Source: Welwitschia mirabilis (Eukaryota). Taken from it: 49,756 bases of DNA. The translations under genes were made by a program, and so were the position numbers. The stretch is from assembly GCA_051453625.1 (NCBI GenBank), contig JBOZIK010000001.1:36082080-36131835 (forward strand). The letters are read 5' to 3'. The notes under the pieces were generated by a model. That model was not told the DNA's origin. It saw only the letters and a program-made list of their open reading frames with translations, and did not search any database. Below, piece after piece: positions 10,261-23,289 of the stretch; positions within the stretch are counted from its first letter, which is position 1; every line of letters starts with the position of its first letter.

Positions 10261-12329
10261 ATAGCTAAATATGTTACATGGATGTTTAAAATGACATCAT
10301 AATCTAGTTTAAAACATATAAAAATTGTGAAAATATGTCTTGTCTCATACATCCCGTATTGTCTAATTATGTAAAGAAAAACTTGAAATAAGTAAAAAAG
10401 TTAAAACATGTATTTTATGTAGGCCCCACATAAAGTGGAAAAATGAAAATCCTGAAAGGTTTACTACATTTTGATTTATTATTTGGAAGAAAACAAGGTT
10501 TAAAGTGAAAAACCTAGTTCTACCTCATAAAGTGCACACTTCATTATAACTTTTAAAATATGTAGCAAAAATTAGATCTGTAAGTTCCTAATCAAAGAGA
10601 TTGAAAAACTAAATAAAATATGTGGAAAATACACAATGAAAGATTCACAAATAACAAAAAATTTTTTTAAAATAAGGGAGAGAAAAACATACCTCATTTT
10701 GAAGAATTTACTAAAATCTAAAAATCTGGTGGATGAATTTAATGGGGATAAGTTCCAGTACATTGGCAGGAAGTATGAGTACTTTTGTCTATCAAGAAAA
10801 CCAATAAAAATAAGAGAAAATGAAAGAAAAATAAGGAAAAAAAGTCACACCATGATTTTATTACACTATCATTCGATCACATCATCTAGATAACAGCCCT
10901 AGGACGACTATAAGAAAAAATCCTAATGTCATTTCTAGTGTTGTCTAATTGACAACGTGGATAATGGAACTTTGAAAAAATTCTGAAAAAATAAAAACAT
11001 CAGTTACACAAGTTAAGCTTAGAAGTATGAAGGTATCAAAATGTATCAGAAAACATGAAAAATAGGAAATTGTGAAAAGTCATGATAAATGAAAATGAGA
11101 AGAAAAATGTAAAAGAATTAAAAGATAGGGTAATGAAAAATGAACTAAGGAGGATGAAAGCTATTAAAGAAAATTGAAAAATATGTATGAAATAATAAAT
11201 AAACTTAAAATATGTATAACTCCAAAAGACTCAAAGGAAACTCATAAAAATCATGAAGAATAAAATACAATTATTTGATTAAAATGCTAAAAGAAAATTA
11301 ACTTGTTATTGAAAGAAATAACATAAATAACGATAAGGAAACTATTGAATAATAAGGTCTCAAATGTTGATGAAAAAATATGGAAATGACTTTGAAATGA
11401 TAAAATAAAGAATCAAATAAAAGCATAATGAGAATGAACACAAGTAATACAAGGAACATGAATAAGATAGCTTTCCTACCATAAATTCTAACCTAGCAAA
11501 CTCCCGTAGAAGACATCATAAATCCACCTAAGTAAAAATGCATAATAAAAGATATAGACTCCATAAAGCTCCATTTGATAAGGAAGTAATTGTAACAATA
11601 TTAAATATTAAATGCTCAGAATAATAAATGATAAAATCAAAAGCTATTCAAAAATGAACTTATTTACTTACACCCCAAAACACACCTGAATCCTCAAAAG
11701 TAAAATGATCATGTACGAATGTTAAAAGTTTAGGAAATAAGCAATGCTTCTGATGATACTAAGAACACCACTGATCCCATAGCCTCAAAGTTTTATTACT
11801 ACTTTTCATGATGAGGGAAATGCATCCACAATCATAGAAGTTAAGAGGGCCAACTAATCCTCCAGTGAATTTTCTGTAACATGGCTAAAGGTTTCTTTTG
11901 AAAAAATTTACCCTAGTATGATAGAATGTTATGGTGAATATGTATTCTAGCATAGATATAATAGATCATGGTCATATCCTTCCTCTTTTTTTTTTTTTTT
12001 GATTTAATATAAATAATTCCTACATGATCATACACTCAAAAAGATAAAGGTGAATAACTAAGATGAAAGACAGAAAAGAACATACCTAAATAACCAAAGA
12101 CCTTACACTATTAGGGAAAAAAGTAAAAGAACAAAGGCATCTACCTTTAAAGTAAAATTCATAGACATGTGAATGTTTTAAGATTAAGTCAACCTAATCT
12201 TATCACTATAAAAATACCCAAGTATAAATACTAAATATGGAAACTTCATAAAGTAAGCACATAAGTCAAGTTTAAAAGATGATCAAGTGACATTATAACA
12301 TCCACTAAAGGAATAAGCTAAGAGAGAAT

Positions 12330-13445
12330 TTAGAAAATAATAGAATGGAAGTCCTCCTCATTGAGGAGAACCTCCAAAACAATTATTCTATAATGTTCAA
12401 AGTTGTATTAAAAGGTTTTTCATATATTTTCAACTTTTGACTATTAACTTTCTGAATCTCCTAAATTAGAAATCTCAAAAGAGCCATTAAAATTTACTTT
12501 CTCTATAAGATAAGGATCTAATCATTTATATGTCAACTTGTTATGGAAAATATGTATTGTAGTATTATCTAAAAGGATAAGTTAACCATGTTTAAACTTT
12601 ATATGAAGTAACTTGCTATCATGTTTAAACTTAGCTTGGGCTTTATGAATTAGTTGACAATGTATAACATGAGTATGTTATTCATCTAAGTGATGTAGTT
12701 AAGCTAATATATGTTTAAGATTTTAATGAAGGTCTAAATATTAAATTGATAAGAAGATTGATAAGAGTTATAACACATATCAACAGGTAAAATACAAACT
12801 TTTTTGTATATAAGTTCATAAAGTGAAAAATGAATAGAATTATACCAAGTAGTATGGTAATTCCAAAGACCAAAGAATGTTGTTAAACTTATAAGTTCAA
12901 GATTTATTATTAACAAATATAAGTTTTTATAGCATTTTCTTTATTTATTTATTTGCATTTTCAACTTAACCATTAGTTTATAGATGATAATCATAAGCTA
13001 CTCTATGTTCAATTCCAATGGATAAAAGAGGTTTCCTAAAAAGTTAATTAATAAAATGAGTTTTTTAATCACTAATAATAATAATCCTTGGGAAACCAAA
13101 ATATTGAAAAATATGAGTTCTAAGAAAAGTACAAATAGTTTAGGTGTTATTTATAGAAGTAGGAATAGCCTTAACTCATTTAGTAACATAACCAATAGCC
13201 ACTAAAATATAGTTATTATCATTAGAATGTGGTTTAATAGGGTCTATGAAATTAATTTCCCAATAATTAAAAAGTTCACATTTAAAAATAGGTTTAAAGA
13301 GCATCTCTTAAGAACAAATAAGGCTACCATAACATTGGCAAGCATCGTACCTTCTAGTAAAATCAAAAGAATCCTTAAGAAACTATGCTAATAAAAACTA
13401 GACTTAATAATTTTTATAGTTATTTTTTATCCACTAAAATGTCCT
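12330..13445 (-). pseudogene. Ty3/Gypsy integrase remnant
   Basis: The reverse complement matches the 20110-21183 integrase (FY.., IISD..THF, YHL*TNG*, C-terminal LEVLLNEEDFH). Stop at ~12330. Confidence 0.8.
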
Positions 13446-13545
13446 NNNNNNNNNNNNNNNNNNNNNNNNNNNNNNNNNNNNNNNNNNNNNNNNNNNNNNN
13501 NNNNNNNNNNNNNNNNNNNNNNNNNNNNNNNNNNNNNNNNNNNNN

Positions 13546-14137
13546 AATGTTTGGTTCAACTTAATTAAAATTGTTTTTTCATTTTTATATCTTTTGTTAT
13601 GTGTATCTCCCTTATGGGTTATGTTACATATGATTTTGTGACAGCTACATCTAAGATATAGATTAGAAGGACAAGCTTTATTAATGTTGACATTGTTATT
13701 TAGGTATGTTGCATTTCATTTTCTAGATTAACTTTTCATTATTTTTATATTCGTTTAGCATACCTAATAGATTAGGTTGATCTTGATCTGGTGATAGATT
13801 TCCTTGATTGATCTAGGTTATATAAGACCAATCTCCATGATAAGTTGATTTTGTAATCAAATAGAAGTTGCATCTAGAATAGAACTTGCATACCATTTAC
13901 ATAGTGTATTTATTTGCATTGTTATTTTTCATTATTATTATTCCACTTTAANNNNNNNNNNNNNNNNNNNNNNNNNNNNNNNNNNNNNNNNNNNNNNNNN
14001 NNNNNNNNNNNNNNNNNNNNNNNNNNNNNNNNNNNNNNNNNNNNNNNNNNNNNNNNNNNNNNNNNNNNNNNNNNNNNNNNNNNNNNNNNNNNNNNNNNNN
14101 NNNNNNNNNNNNNNNNNNNNAAATACATACCACAACA
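13546..14137 (+). repeat. 5' LTR (3' part) of the Athila-like element
   Basis: Matches 25745-26420 and ends cacaaCA at 14137, followed by a PBS. Contains the gap 13952-14120. Confidence 0.85.
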
Positions 14138-14158
14138 TCTTGGTGTTATTATCAAAGA
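14138..14158 (+). promoter_or_regulatory. Primer-binding site, decayed tRNA-Asp type (copy 1)
   Basis: tcttggtgttattatcaaaga is derivable from the Athila PBS TTTGGCGCCGTTGCCGGGGA mainly by C>T/G>A changes and lies directly after the LTR CA end. Confidence 0.75.
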
Positions 14159-14569
14159 AGGTTACTTGGAGATAAGAGATTTTCATTGCTTAGATAAGTG
14201 CTTTGGATTTTGGTTTAGGTATTTGTCTATAGTGGCATTGGATTATTATACTAGAAATATAGATCTGATGATATCTTTCCTTAATTGATCTAGGTTATAT
14301 AGGACAAATCTCCATGATAGGTTGATTTTGTAATTAGATAGAAGTTGTTCTTAGAATAGAACTTGCATCCCATTTACATAGTATGATTAGCATGCTATGT
14401 GTGTTTATTTGCATTTTTATATTTCATTACTATTATTCTACTTTAAGGTTACATAAGTGTTTTGTTTTAAAATTAATTCTCTTTCTTCTCATATGTGCTT
14501 TTGATGGAATTACAACATTTGAGTCACTCCCATTCATATTAGTGTATTTTATAAATACACACTACAACA

Positions 14570-14590
14570 TCTTAGCATCATTATCAAGGA
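14570..14590 (+). promoter_or_regulatory. Primer-binding site, decayed tRNA-Asp type (copy 2)
   Basis: tcttagcatcattatcaagga follows a second LTR end (actacaaCA at 14569). Confidence 0.72.
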
Positions 14591-15289
14591 AGGTTGCTTG
14601 GAGTTCAATGATTATCATTGCTTAGATAAGTGCTTTGGATTTTGATTTAGGTATTTGTCTACAGTAGCATTGTATTCTTACACTAGAAATGTAGGTTTTT
14701 CTTTCCACTTTTTTTTATTTTGCATTCCCAAAATAATGCCTTATTATCCTCCTATCGTCTAGATAACCTATGGCAATAATAACTTGTGAAACCTAGGTTT
14801 ATTTTCTTAAGAATGATTATTTTTATCTTATCATTTCATTAGTCACCCAAATGACTTATCGGATGATGAGCAGCTTTTATTCGATGTTTTTTCCCCCCTA
14901 TTTTAGGTTTTTTATGTCTACTATTGTTTAGGTACATTACCTAAAATGACCATACAAATAATGCTTCTAGAAAAAGAACTAAGCATGTTGGTATATAGTA
15001 AACTTTGATAAAAAGATAAAATATCAAAGAGAGTAACTATTGATTAAAGAAAATATTTAAGAAGTTTTGATCAACTATGAACTTAGCCTAGGTATGCATA
15101 CCCCAGGTATGCAAAATATTCCAAGAATTGAGCAAGAAGATTTTTATTCATTTATTATTTCTAAATTTAATTTTTTTAAAAAAATTTAAAAGAAAATTTA
15201 GAAGGAAGTCATTTTATTATAATTTTGAATTCATCACAAAATCAGAAATAGGTTAATTCACTTAATTCCCTTATTTTGATCAAAACTTG

Positions 15290-18200
15290 TATAATTCCCA
15301 TAAATCCAAATGCTAATGTCACCCTTAAAGAAATGATTTCAAACAAGAAATGTAAAATTCAAAACTCTTTAACCTATCTTCTGGAGATGATGTCAAGTTA
15401 AGAAATTTAAATGCTTACCTTATTTATACTAGAGAAAACAATATAGCTAGCATCAAATACCTGGTTCTTACTTCTAGAAATGGTTAAAAAAATTAGTGAT
15501 TGTACTTACAGGGTTATTTTCCTCATTACTTTAAAAAGAAAATCAAAATTATGGTTAAGAACTATTTCGCATAAAATCTTAAAACATAGAATCAAGTTTA
15601 AGAAGCATTTCTAAAATAATTTATGAGTAAAACAATAATAAGAAAAAGAAAAAAAAGAGGTGATAAATTTTTAATAACAACTCAATGAAGATTATGCCTC
15701 CAATTATAAAAATTTTTTTATTGCTATACATTTTAATTATATAGATGCATTCACTCAAGAAGAATTAGTAGACCACGTCTATAGTGGAATTAAGAGTGAA
15801 ACTAAACAACCTAAGTATTTTTGATGTGGAGTAAATTTGATGAATCTCACTTTAGAAAATGCATGGATGTTATTGAAAGAACTATTAAAAGTAAGTCAAA
15901 CATGACCTAAACCAATACCTAAAGAAACTTGTACTATAAGTCAAATTATAAAATATCTAAAAGAAGTAAAACAAGAAAAGGAGGAATTAAAGATAGAAAA
16001 AGAACCAACAATTTTCATTAAGGATTTCACAACAATATTATAAAAATACACTCAAATGATTTTAGATACAAAACTAAAAATCAAAAAGAGTGTGGTTCCA
16101 ACTTGTGTTTGATTTGAAGACAGCTATCATGTAATAAAAAAGTATCCTTTATTACCTACTTACAAAGCAAATATTTATGAGTGGATGTGTGCATTCAACT
16201 AAAAGTATTCAAACTTTAGAACCCAAAATAAAAATTAAAATTAAAACCAATTTCAACTTATGATGAATGGATAACCAAATTCTTAATCTTATAAAAACAA
16301 ATTTAATATCTTTTAAGCAAATCATCTAAATTTTTAACCATTTAGAAATAAATTTAAGAATGCTAGCTTTTAAATAAACAACTCAAAATTCTAATCAAAA
16401 AATTCAAATTATCAAGCAATGACATCAAATCCACAAAACTAAGATGATTCACTTCTAAATTCCATTGATGAATTAAGAAAATATTAAGAAAAGACAAATT
16501 CAAACATTAAAATCCTTGTTAATATTCTTTAATAAACTATGCTTACAAATCAAAGACCACAAGAATCACTTGTAACACAACCTTTATCAAATTCTAATTA
16601 AGTAAGAAAATATTGTAATGTTGTGATTAGAAGTGGAAATGAAACAATACCTCTTACCTATAAGGCTTTAACTTTGTAAAATAATAATAATGATGATGAA
16701 GAAGAGATTATTGAATTTTAGAAAATCATTCCATTCTCCTTTAAGCAATAAGTTTAATAATAAAAATTCTTCTCAAGATAAAGATAAAAAACCTGCTATT
16801 CCTTGGCTTGATAGATTAAATACCAATCCTATCTTTGATGATCATCTTAAAGCCTTAATGCAAAATGTGAGCATAAATTTACTTTTTAAATTCTTGTAAA
16901 AAATCCTAAATATTTTAAGTTGTGGAAAGATCTAATTAAGAGAAAATAAAAACAAACCATACCTAGTAAAGCCTTCCTAGCCTAATTTATAACCAACTTA
17001 GTTTTTCAAAAATCTCTAAAATTTAAGGATCTAAGGGTAGCAATAGTAAGTGTTACAGTAGAAGGAAGAAAAAGAATAAGAAAAGCCTTAATTAATATAG
17101 GATCAAGTTTTAACATTATTCCTTTACACATTTGTCAATGACTTGATTTGAAAGTAGCATTGAATCTACATGAATTATCTTAAAATTGGAAGATACATCG
17201 ATGATAAAACCTTTAAAATAAAAGATTTGATGATTCAAATTAAGAAAGCATTCTATCGAATAGATGTGATTTTGATTGAAGTTAAGCATAACAAAGGTTA
17301 TTCACTACTTGCAGTTAGAGAATTTTGTGCAATAATCTATTATATTATTAAAACAATAACTATAATTATGGAATATCACTTAAGAAATAAAAAGTTTACA
17401 TTAGAGTTTTTCATGCTACTAAAAAATATGTAGGTGATGAATTAAATATTGAAGGAGAAATTAAGTCAACTCTATTTTTTCAGCATCATCCACTTGAAAA
17501 AAGATGGTTAATGCTTTATGAGCTTATCTTGTTCAATGATTCACTTAGAGTAGAAAACTTGAAGTCTTTTGATGATGATCAACTCAACTATGATCATTTA
17601 GGTATTAACCATTTTAATTAGAATATTAAAGAAACTAAAACTATAAATTAATGAAAACTAAAAATAACTGAGATTTTATATTTTGAGGGATATCATCCAT
17701 CCTAGTCATCTAGATGATAGTCAATGTTAATAAGAAATTAATGAAAACTAAAAATATGAAATTAAATCTAAAACCTCTATCTAGTGGACTAAAATATATC
17801 TTTTTGTGTGATGATCAAAACAAACCTTTAATAATAAATGAGAATATTTCTCCTTAATAAGAATTTATTTTAATTTCACTTTTGAATACTAAGATTAATG
17901 CATTTACTTAGTCCCATAAAGATTTAATAGCCCTTCCTACTATCATTATTCAACATAAAATCTACCTTGTGGATAATGCAAAATCTATTAGGCAACTCTA
18001 ACATCGACTAAATCTAGCCCTTAAATAACTTGTAAAGGATAAAATCATTAAATTAATGGATGCTGAAATTATTTATGCCATATCCTATAGTGAGTGGATT
18101 AGCCCTTTGATGGTAGTACCTAAGAAAAATGAAAAGTAAAGAATGTGCATTGATTTAGAAAATTATATAAAGTAACTAAGAAATATCATATCCTTTACCT

Positions 18201-21183
18201 TTTCTTAACTAGATAATTGATAAAATCCAAGAATATGCCTTTCGGACTTTGTAATGCTCTTGGTGCTTTTTAGCATGTAATGATAGGTATATTTTCTAAT
18301 ATGTTAGAGGATTCAATTGAAATTTTTATGGATGACTTCTTAATCTATAGTGAAAACTTTGAACAAATCTTAGAAAGGTTAGAGAAAGTCTTAAAAAAAT
18401 GTATTAATAGTGGTTTACATTTAAGTTGGAAGAAGAGTTTCTTTTTAGTTAATAATGGAATTATCTTAGGTTATCACATTTCTAATAAAGGAATTAGAAT
18501 GGACCTTGAAAAAGTAAGCATAATTAAAAACCTAACTTCTCTAATAAATGTAAAACAAGTTTGATTTTTCCTTGGTCATTGTGATTTTTATCATCATTTN
18601 NNNNNNNNNNNNNNNNNNNNNNNNNNNNNNNNNNNNNNNNNNNNNNNNNNNNNNNNNNNNNNNNNNNNNNNNNNNNNNNNNNNNNNNNNNNNNNNNNNNN
18701 NNNNNNNNNNNNNNNNNNNNNNNNNNNNNNNNNNNNNNNNNNNNNNNNNNNNNNNNNNNNNNNNNNNNNNNNNNNNNNNNNNNNNNNNNNNNNNNNNNNN
18801 NNNNNNNNNNNNNNNNNNNNNNNNNNNNNNNNNNNNNNNNNNNNNNNNNNNNNNNNNNNNNNNNNNNNNNNNNNNNNNNNNNNNNNNNNNNNNNNNNNNN
18901 NNNNNNNNNNNNNNNNNNNNNNNNNNNNNNNNNNNNNNNNNNNNNNNNNNNNNNNNNNNNNNNNNNNNNNNNNNNNNNNNNNNNNNNNNNNNNNNNNNNN
19001 NNNNNNNNNNNNNNNNNNNNNNNNNNNNNNNNNNNNNNNNNNNNNNNNNNNNNNNNNNNNNNNNNNNNNNNNNNNNNNNNNNNNNNNNNNNNNNNNNNNN
19101 NNNNNNNNNNNNNNNNNNNNNNNNNNNNNNNNNNNNNNNNNNNNNNNNNNNNNNNNNNNNNNNNNNNNNNNNNNNNNNNNNNNNNNNNNNNNNNNNNNNN
19201 NNNNNNNNNNNNNNNNNNNNTAAGACAAGTTCAATCTTTCCTTGGTCATTGTGATTTTTATCATCATTTTATTTAGGATTATACTAAAATTTATAAATCC
19301 CTTTTCTTTTTACTTGAAAAAGAAGCTAAATTTAAATGGAATGAGTCATGTCATCTTGCCTTGAAATACTTAAAGATAAAATCTCTTCTATATCTATTGT
19401 AATAAGACCCAATTAGAATAAAGATTTTAAGTTAATGTGTGATGCTAGTAATATTATCATGGTTGGAGTTCTTAGATAAAAGTATATAAATTATTTTAAT
19501 ATTATATCTTATTATAACAAATCTTTATCTAAAGATAAATTGAATTATACTACTGCTAAGAAAGAAATATTAGCAATAATGTTTTACCTAAATACACTTA
19601 GATACTATCTTTTAGGATTTGATACAAATTTTTATACTGATCATGCAGCTATTAGATACTCTATGATCAAGAAAGATTCTAGTGGTAGACTAATTAAATG
19701 GATCATTCTCATATATTAATTTAATCTTACCATCATTAATAAAATAGGAAATCGTAATAGTGTAGTAGATCATTTATCACATCTTTCTTATTTTTTTAAC
19801 GATCTTATGATTAATGACTCTTTTCCAGATGAACAACCTTTTGCTATATCTTTTACTCATCCTTCTCCTTGATATGTTGATGTAGCTAATTATTTTGTTA
19901 CCATGAAAATACCAAAACATTAGACTCATAATTAAATAAAATACTTTTTTTCCATAGAATAAACTATTATGAATGGATAAATCCACATCTTTACCATAGG
20001 AGAAAAGACCAAATCTTGAGAAAATGTATGAATAAATGAAAAAAATTAGACATCCTTTATCTTTGTCATGGTGATGTTTATTAATGTTATTATATTGGAT
20101 AGAAAACAACAATAAAAGTCCTTCATTTTGGTTTTTATTGGCCTAGTACTTTTTAGGACTCTTTGAATTTCTAGAAGGTGTGATGCTTACCAACATTATG
20201 GTAGCCTTATTTGTTCTCATGAGATACTCCTTAAACTTATTCTTGAATGTAAACCTTTTAATTATTATGGAATTAATTTTATAGGCACTATTAAACCACA
20301 TTCTAATAATAAGAACTACATTTTAATATCTGTTGATTATGTTACTAAATGGGTTAAAGCTATTTTTACTTTTATGAATAATGCCTGAACTATTTGTACT
20401 TTTGTTAGAACTTTTGGTTTTCATAAGATTATCATTAGTGACTAAGGAACTCACTTTATTAATCAACTTTTTAAAAAACCTCTTTTATCCATTAGAATTA
20501 AACATAGAGTAGCTTGTACTTATCATCCACAAATTAATGGTCAAGCTAAATATGCAAATAGAAAAATAAAGAAAACACTATAAAAACTTATTTCTATTAA
20601 TAATAAATATTAGGCTTCTAAGATTAATAATATGTTTTAGGCTTACCATAATACTTGGCATAATTTTATTGATTTTCCACCTTATGAACTTGTATATTAA
20701 AAAGTTTGTATTTTACAAGTTGATCTGTGTTATAACTCTTATCATTTTTTAATAAACTTAATCTTGTAAACCTTTATGAAAATATTAAAAATATATTAGC
20801 TCAACTTAATCACCTAGATAAAAAAATGTACACATGCTATACATTATCAACTAATTCATAAAGCCCAAACTAATTTCAAATACGATAGAAAGTTACTTCA
20901 TAAAAAGTTTGAACCTAGTTAATTTGTTCTTTTATATAATTCTAGATTACATCTTTTACATAACAAGTTGGCCTCTAAATGGTTAGATTCTTATCTTATA
21001 GAGAAAGTACATTTTAATGGCTCCATTGAGATTTCTGACTTAAACACTAAGGAGATTTAAAAAGTTAATGAATAAAAGTTAAAAATATATGAAAAACCTT
21101 TTGATGTAATCTTAAACATGATAGAAGCAATTCTTTTGGAGGTTCCCCTTGATGGGGAGGACTTCCTCCCTACCATTATCTAA
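15290..21183 (+). pseudogene. Athila-like gag-pol polyprotein remnant (Gag, aspartic protease, RT, RNase H, integrase)
   Basis: Gag KSKLWLRTI..KT*NQV*EAFL (~15540) and TLENAWMLL; VIRSG (~16625); protease KALINIGSSFNIIP (~17082); LKPLSSGLKYIFL; RT EWISPLMVVPKK, MPFGLCNA, IEIFMDDF (ORF 18280-18564); RH LMCDASN, NYTTAKKE, YTDHAAIRY; INT FGFYWP, VDYVTKWVKA, IISD*GTHF, YHPQINGQ; stop 21181-21183. The start is approximate. Confidence 0.92.
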
Positions 21184-23289
21184 GTTTTCTCTTAGCTTAT
21201 TGCTTTGATAAATATCATGATGTCACTTAATTAGTTCTAAAACTTATCTTAGGTATTTACTTTATGAAGTTTCCATGACTAGTAATCATGCTTGAGCATT
21301 TTGATGGTGATAAGATTCGATTCACCCAATCTTAAGACATTCATACATCTATGAAATTCACTTTAAAGGAATATGCTTTGGTTCTTGTACTTTCTTTTAA
21401 TAATGTGAGGTCTTTAGTTGTTTAAGTGTGTTTTTTTTCCCTATCTTTTATCTTACTTCTTCACCTTTATTTTTTTGAGTGTGTAATCATGTAGGAATTA
21501 TTTGTGTCAAAAACAAAAAAGAGAGAAAAGAAAATAATAACCATGATCTATTTTATCTATGTTAAAATACATGATCATCATGATGTCATACTATATTAGG
21601 ATAAATTTTTTTGAAAGAAGTCTTTAGCAGTGTTGATAGCTATGTGAACTTTACTAGGGATTAGTTGGTAATGCTTCACAATTCCTTACTTCTTTGACTT
21701 TAACTACACTTCCCTCATCATGAAAAATAGTAATAAAAATTCAAAACTATAGGATCAGTGATGTTCCTGGTATCATTATAGGCATTACTTATTTCTTAGA
21801 GTCTTAGTATTTCCACATGATCATTTTAATTTTGAGAATTTAGATGTGTCTTGAGGTGTGAATAGGTGACTCAATTTTTTAGTAGCTTTTGACCTTATCA
21901 TTTATTATTTTGAGCATTTGATCTTTTGTGTTATCATAATCACTACCTTTTCGAGTAGAATTTTATAAAGTTAATACATTTTGTTATGCATCTTTACTCA
22001 AGTGGGTTTATAATGTTTTCTAATGGGATTTGATAGGTTAGAATTTAGAGTAAATAAGTTATCTTCTTCATGGTTCTCATGTCCATTTTCATTTTATTTT
22101 TCTTTGGCTTTTAGTTTATTATCTTAAATTCATTTTTGTACTTTTTTGTTATCATCTAGAACCTTATCATTCAGTAGTTTTCTTGTAATTATTCATGTTA
22201 CTTTTATCACTTACAAGTTGATTTTCTTTTAGCATCTTAATTAAATGATCCTCTCTTATTATTCATAATTTTTATGAGATTCCTTTAAGTTATTTGAAGT
22301 TCTACATATTTTTAAGATTATTTTTTTAATTTGGGCACATTTGTTTAGTTTTCTTTGATAGTTTTTATTCTACTTAGTATATTTTCATCATCTTATCTTT
22401 TGATTCTTTTAAGTTTTTGTCGTTGTCCTTGTTTATCATAATTCTTCATCATTCCCTATTTTTTGAGTTTTTAATACAATTTGATACCTTCATGCTGATA
22501 TCTAAGCCTAACTTATTTGGCTGACACTTTCACTTTTAAGTACTCTTTCAAAGTCTTAATGTCCCTAAGGTCATCCACACAATAGGGAGGATAACACTGA
22601 GATTTTTTTTAATAGTTGTCCTAGGGTTGTTGTTCAAATGACGTGACCAAATGATAATTTGATAAAACCACAGGCCACATTTTTTCCCTTTATTTTTTTA
22701 GTTATTTATTATTTTATTCATTTTTTTAATAGATGACGATGAATCTAATTCATACAGACATTTTGAAACTATTCCTAGTCAGATTCATTCCCCAGATTGT
22801 GAATTTTTAGTATATTTTATAAAATGAAGTATGCTTTTATCTGCCTTGTTATTTTTAATGTTTTCTCTTATTTTTGAACTTTCATCATGTAGTTTCCATG
22901 TATATTATTTAGTTTTTTGTGATCTTCAATTTGGAACTTACAGATCTAACTTTCACTATGTATTTTATGAGATATATCAAATTGTGTATTTTACAAGTTA
23001 AAATTAGGTTTTTTTACTTTAAAACTCATTTTCTCACAAATCATAAGTCGATACATAGTGGTTCTTTAGGGAAAATTGATTAATAATGTGCTCTTCAATT
23101 CTAGTGAATTAGATTTTTTAATTGATTACTTTCATTTTTTACCTTATGTGAGTCCCACCTGGTTTACACTTTTCAAGATTTTCACATGTTTCTCATTTCT
23201 CTTTGCATGATTAAGTAATATGAGACATGTTGATGCTTTTTAGAAGGGGTAGGACATATTTTTATGATTTTTACACATTAAGAACCAAT

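Larger units (their letters stand above)
8975..13445 (-). mobile_element. Inverted internal fragment of an Athila-like element (integrase, non-coding spacer, env-like ORF)
   Basis: The reverse complement is colinear with ~20110-24550 of the plus-strand element and it ends at the gap at 13446. Confidence 0.88.

Noticed and set aside
17645-17755. 22-bp direct repeat aaattaatgaaaactaaaaata in the PR-RT linker
   Set aside because: Small local duplication in AT-rich decayed sequence with no further structure.
18553-19270. ~47-bp repeat on both sides of the 621-N gap in RT/RH
   Set aside because: The coding sequence is continuous if the overlap is collapsed. Most likely a scaffolding overlap, and the few mismatches may reflect another haplotype or copy.
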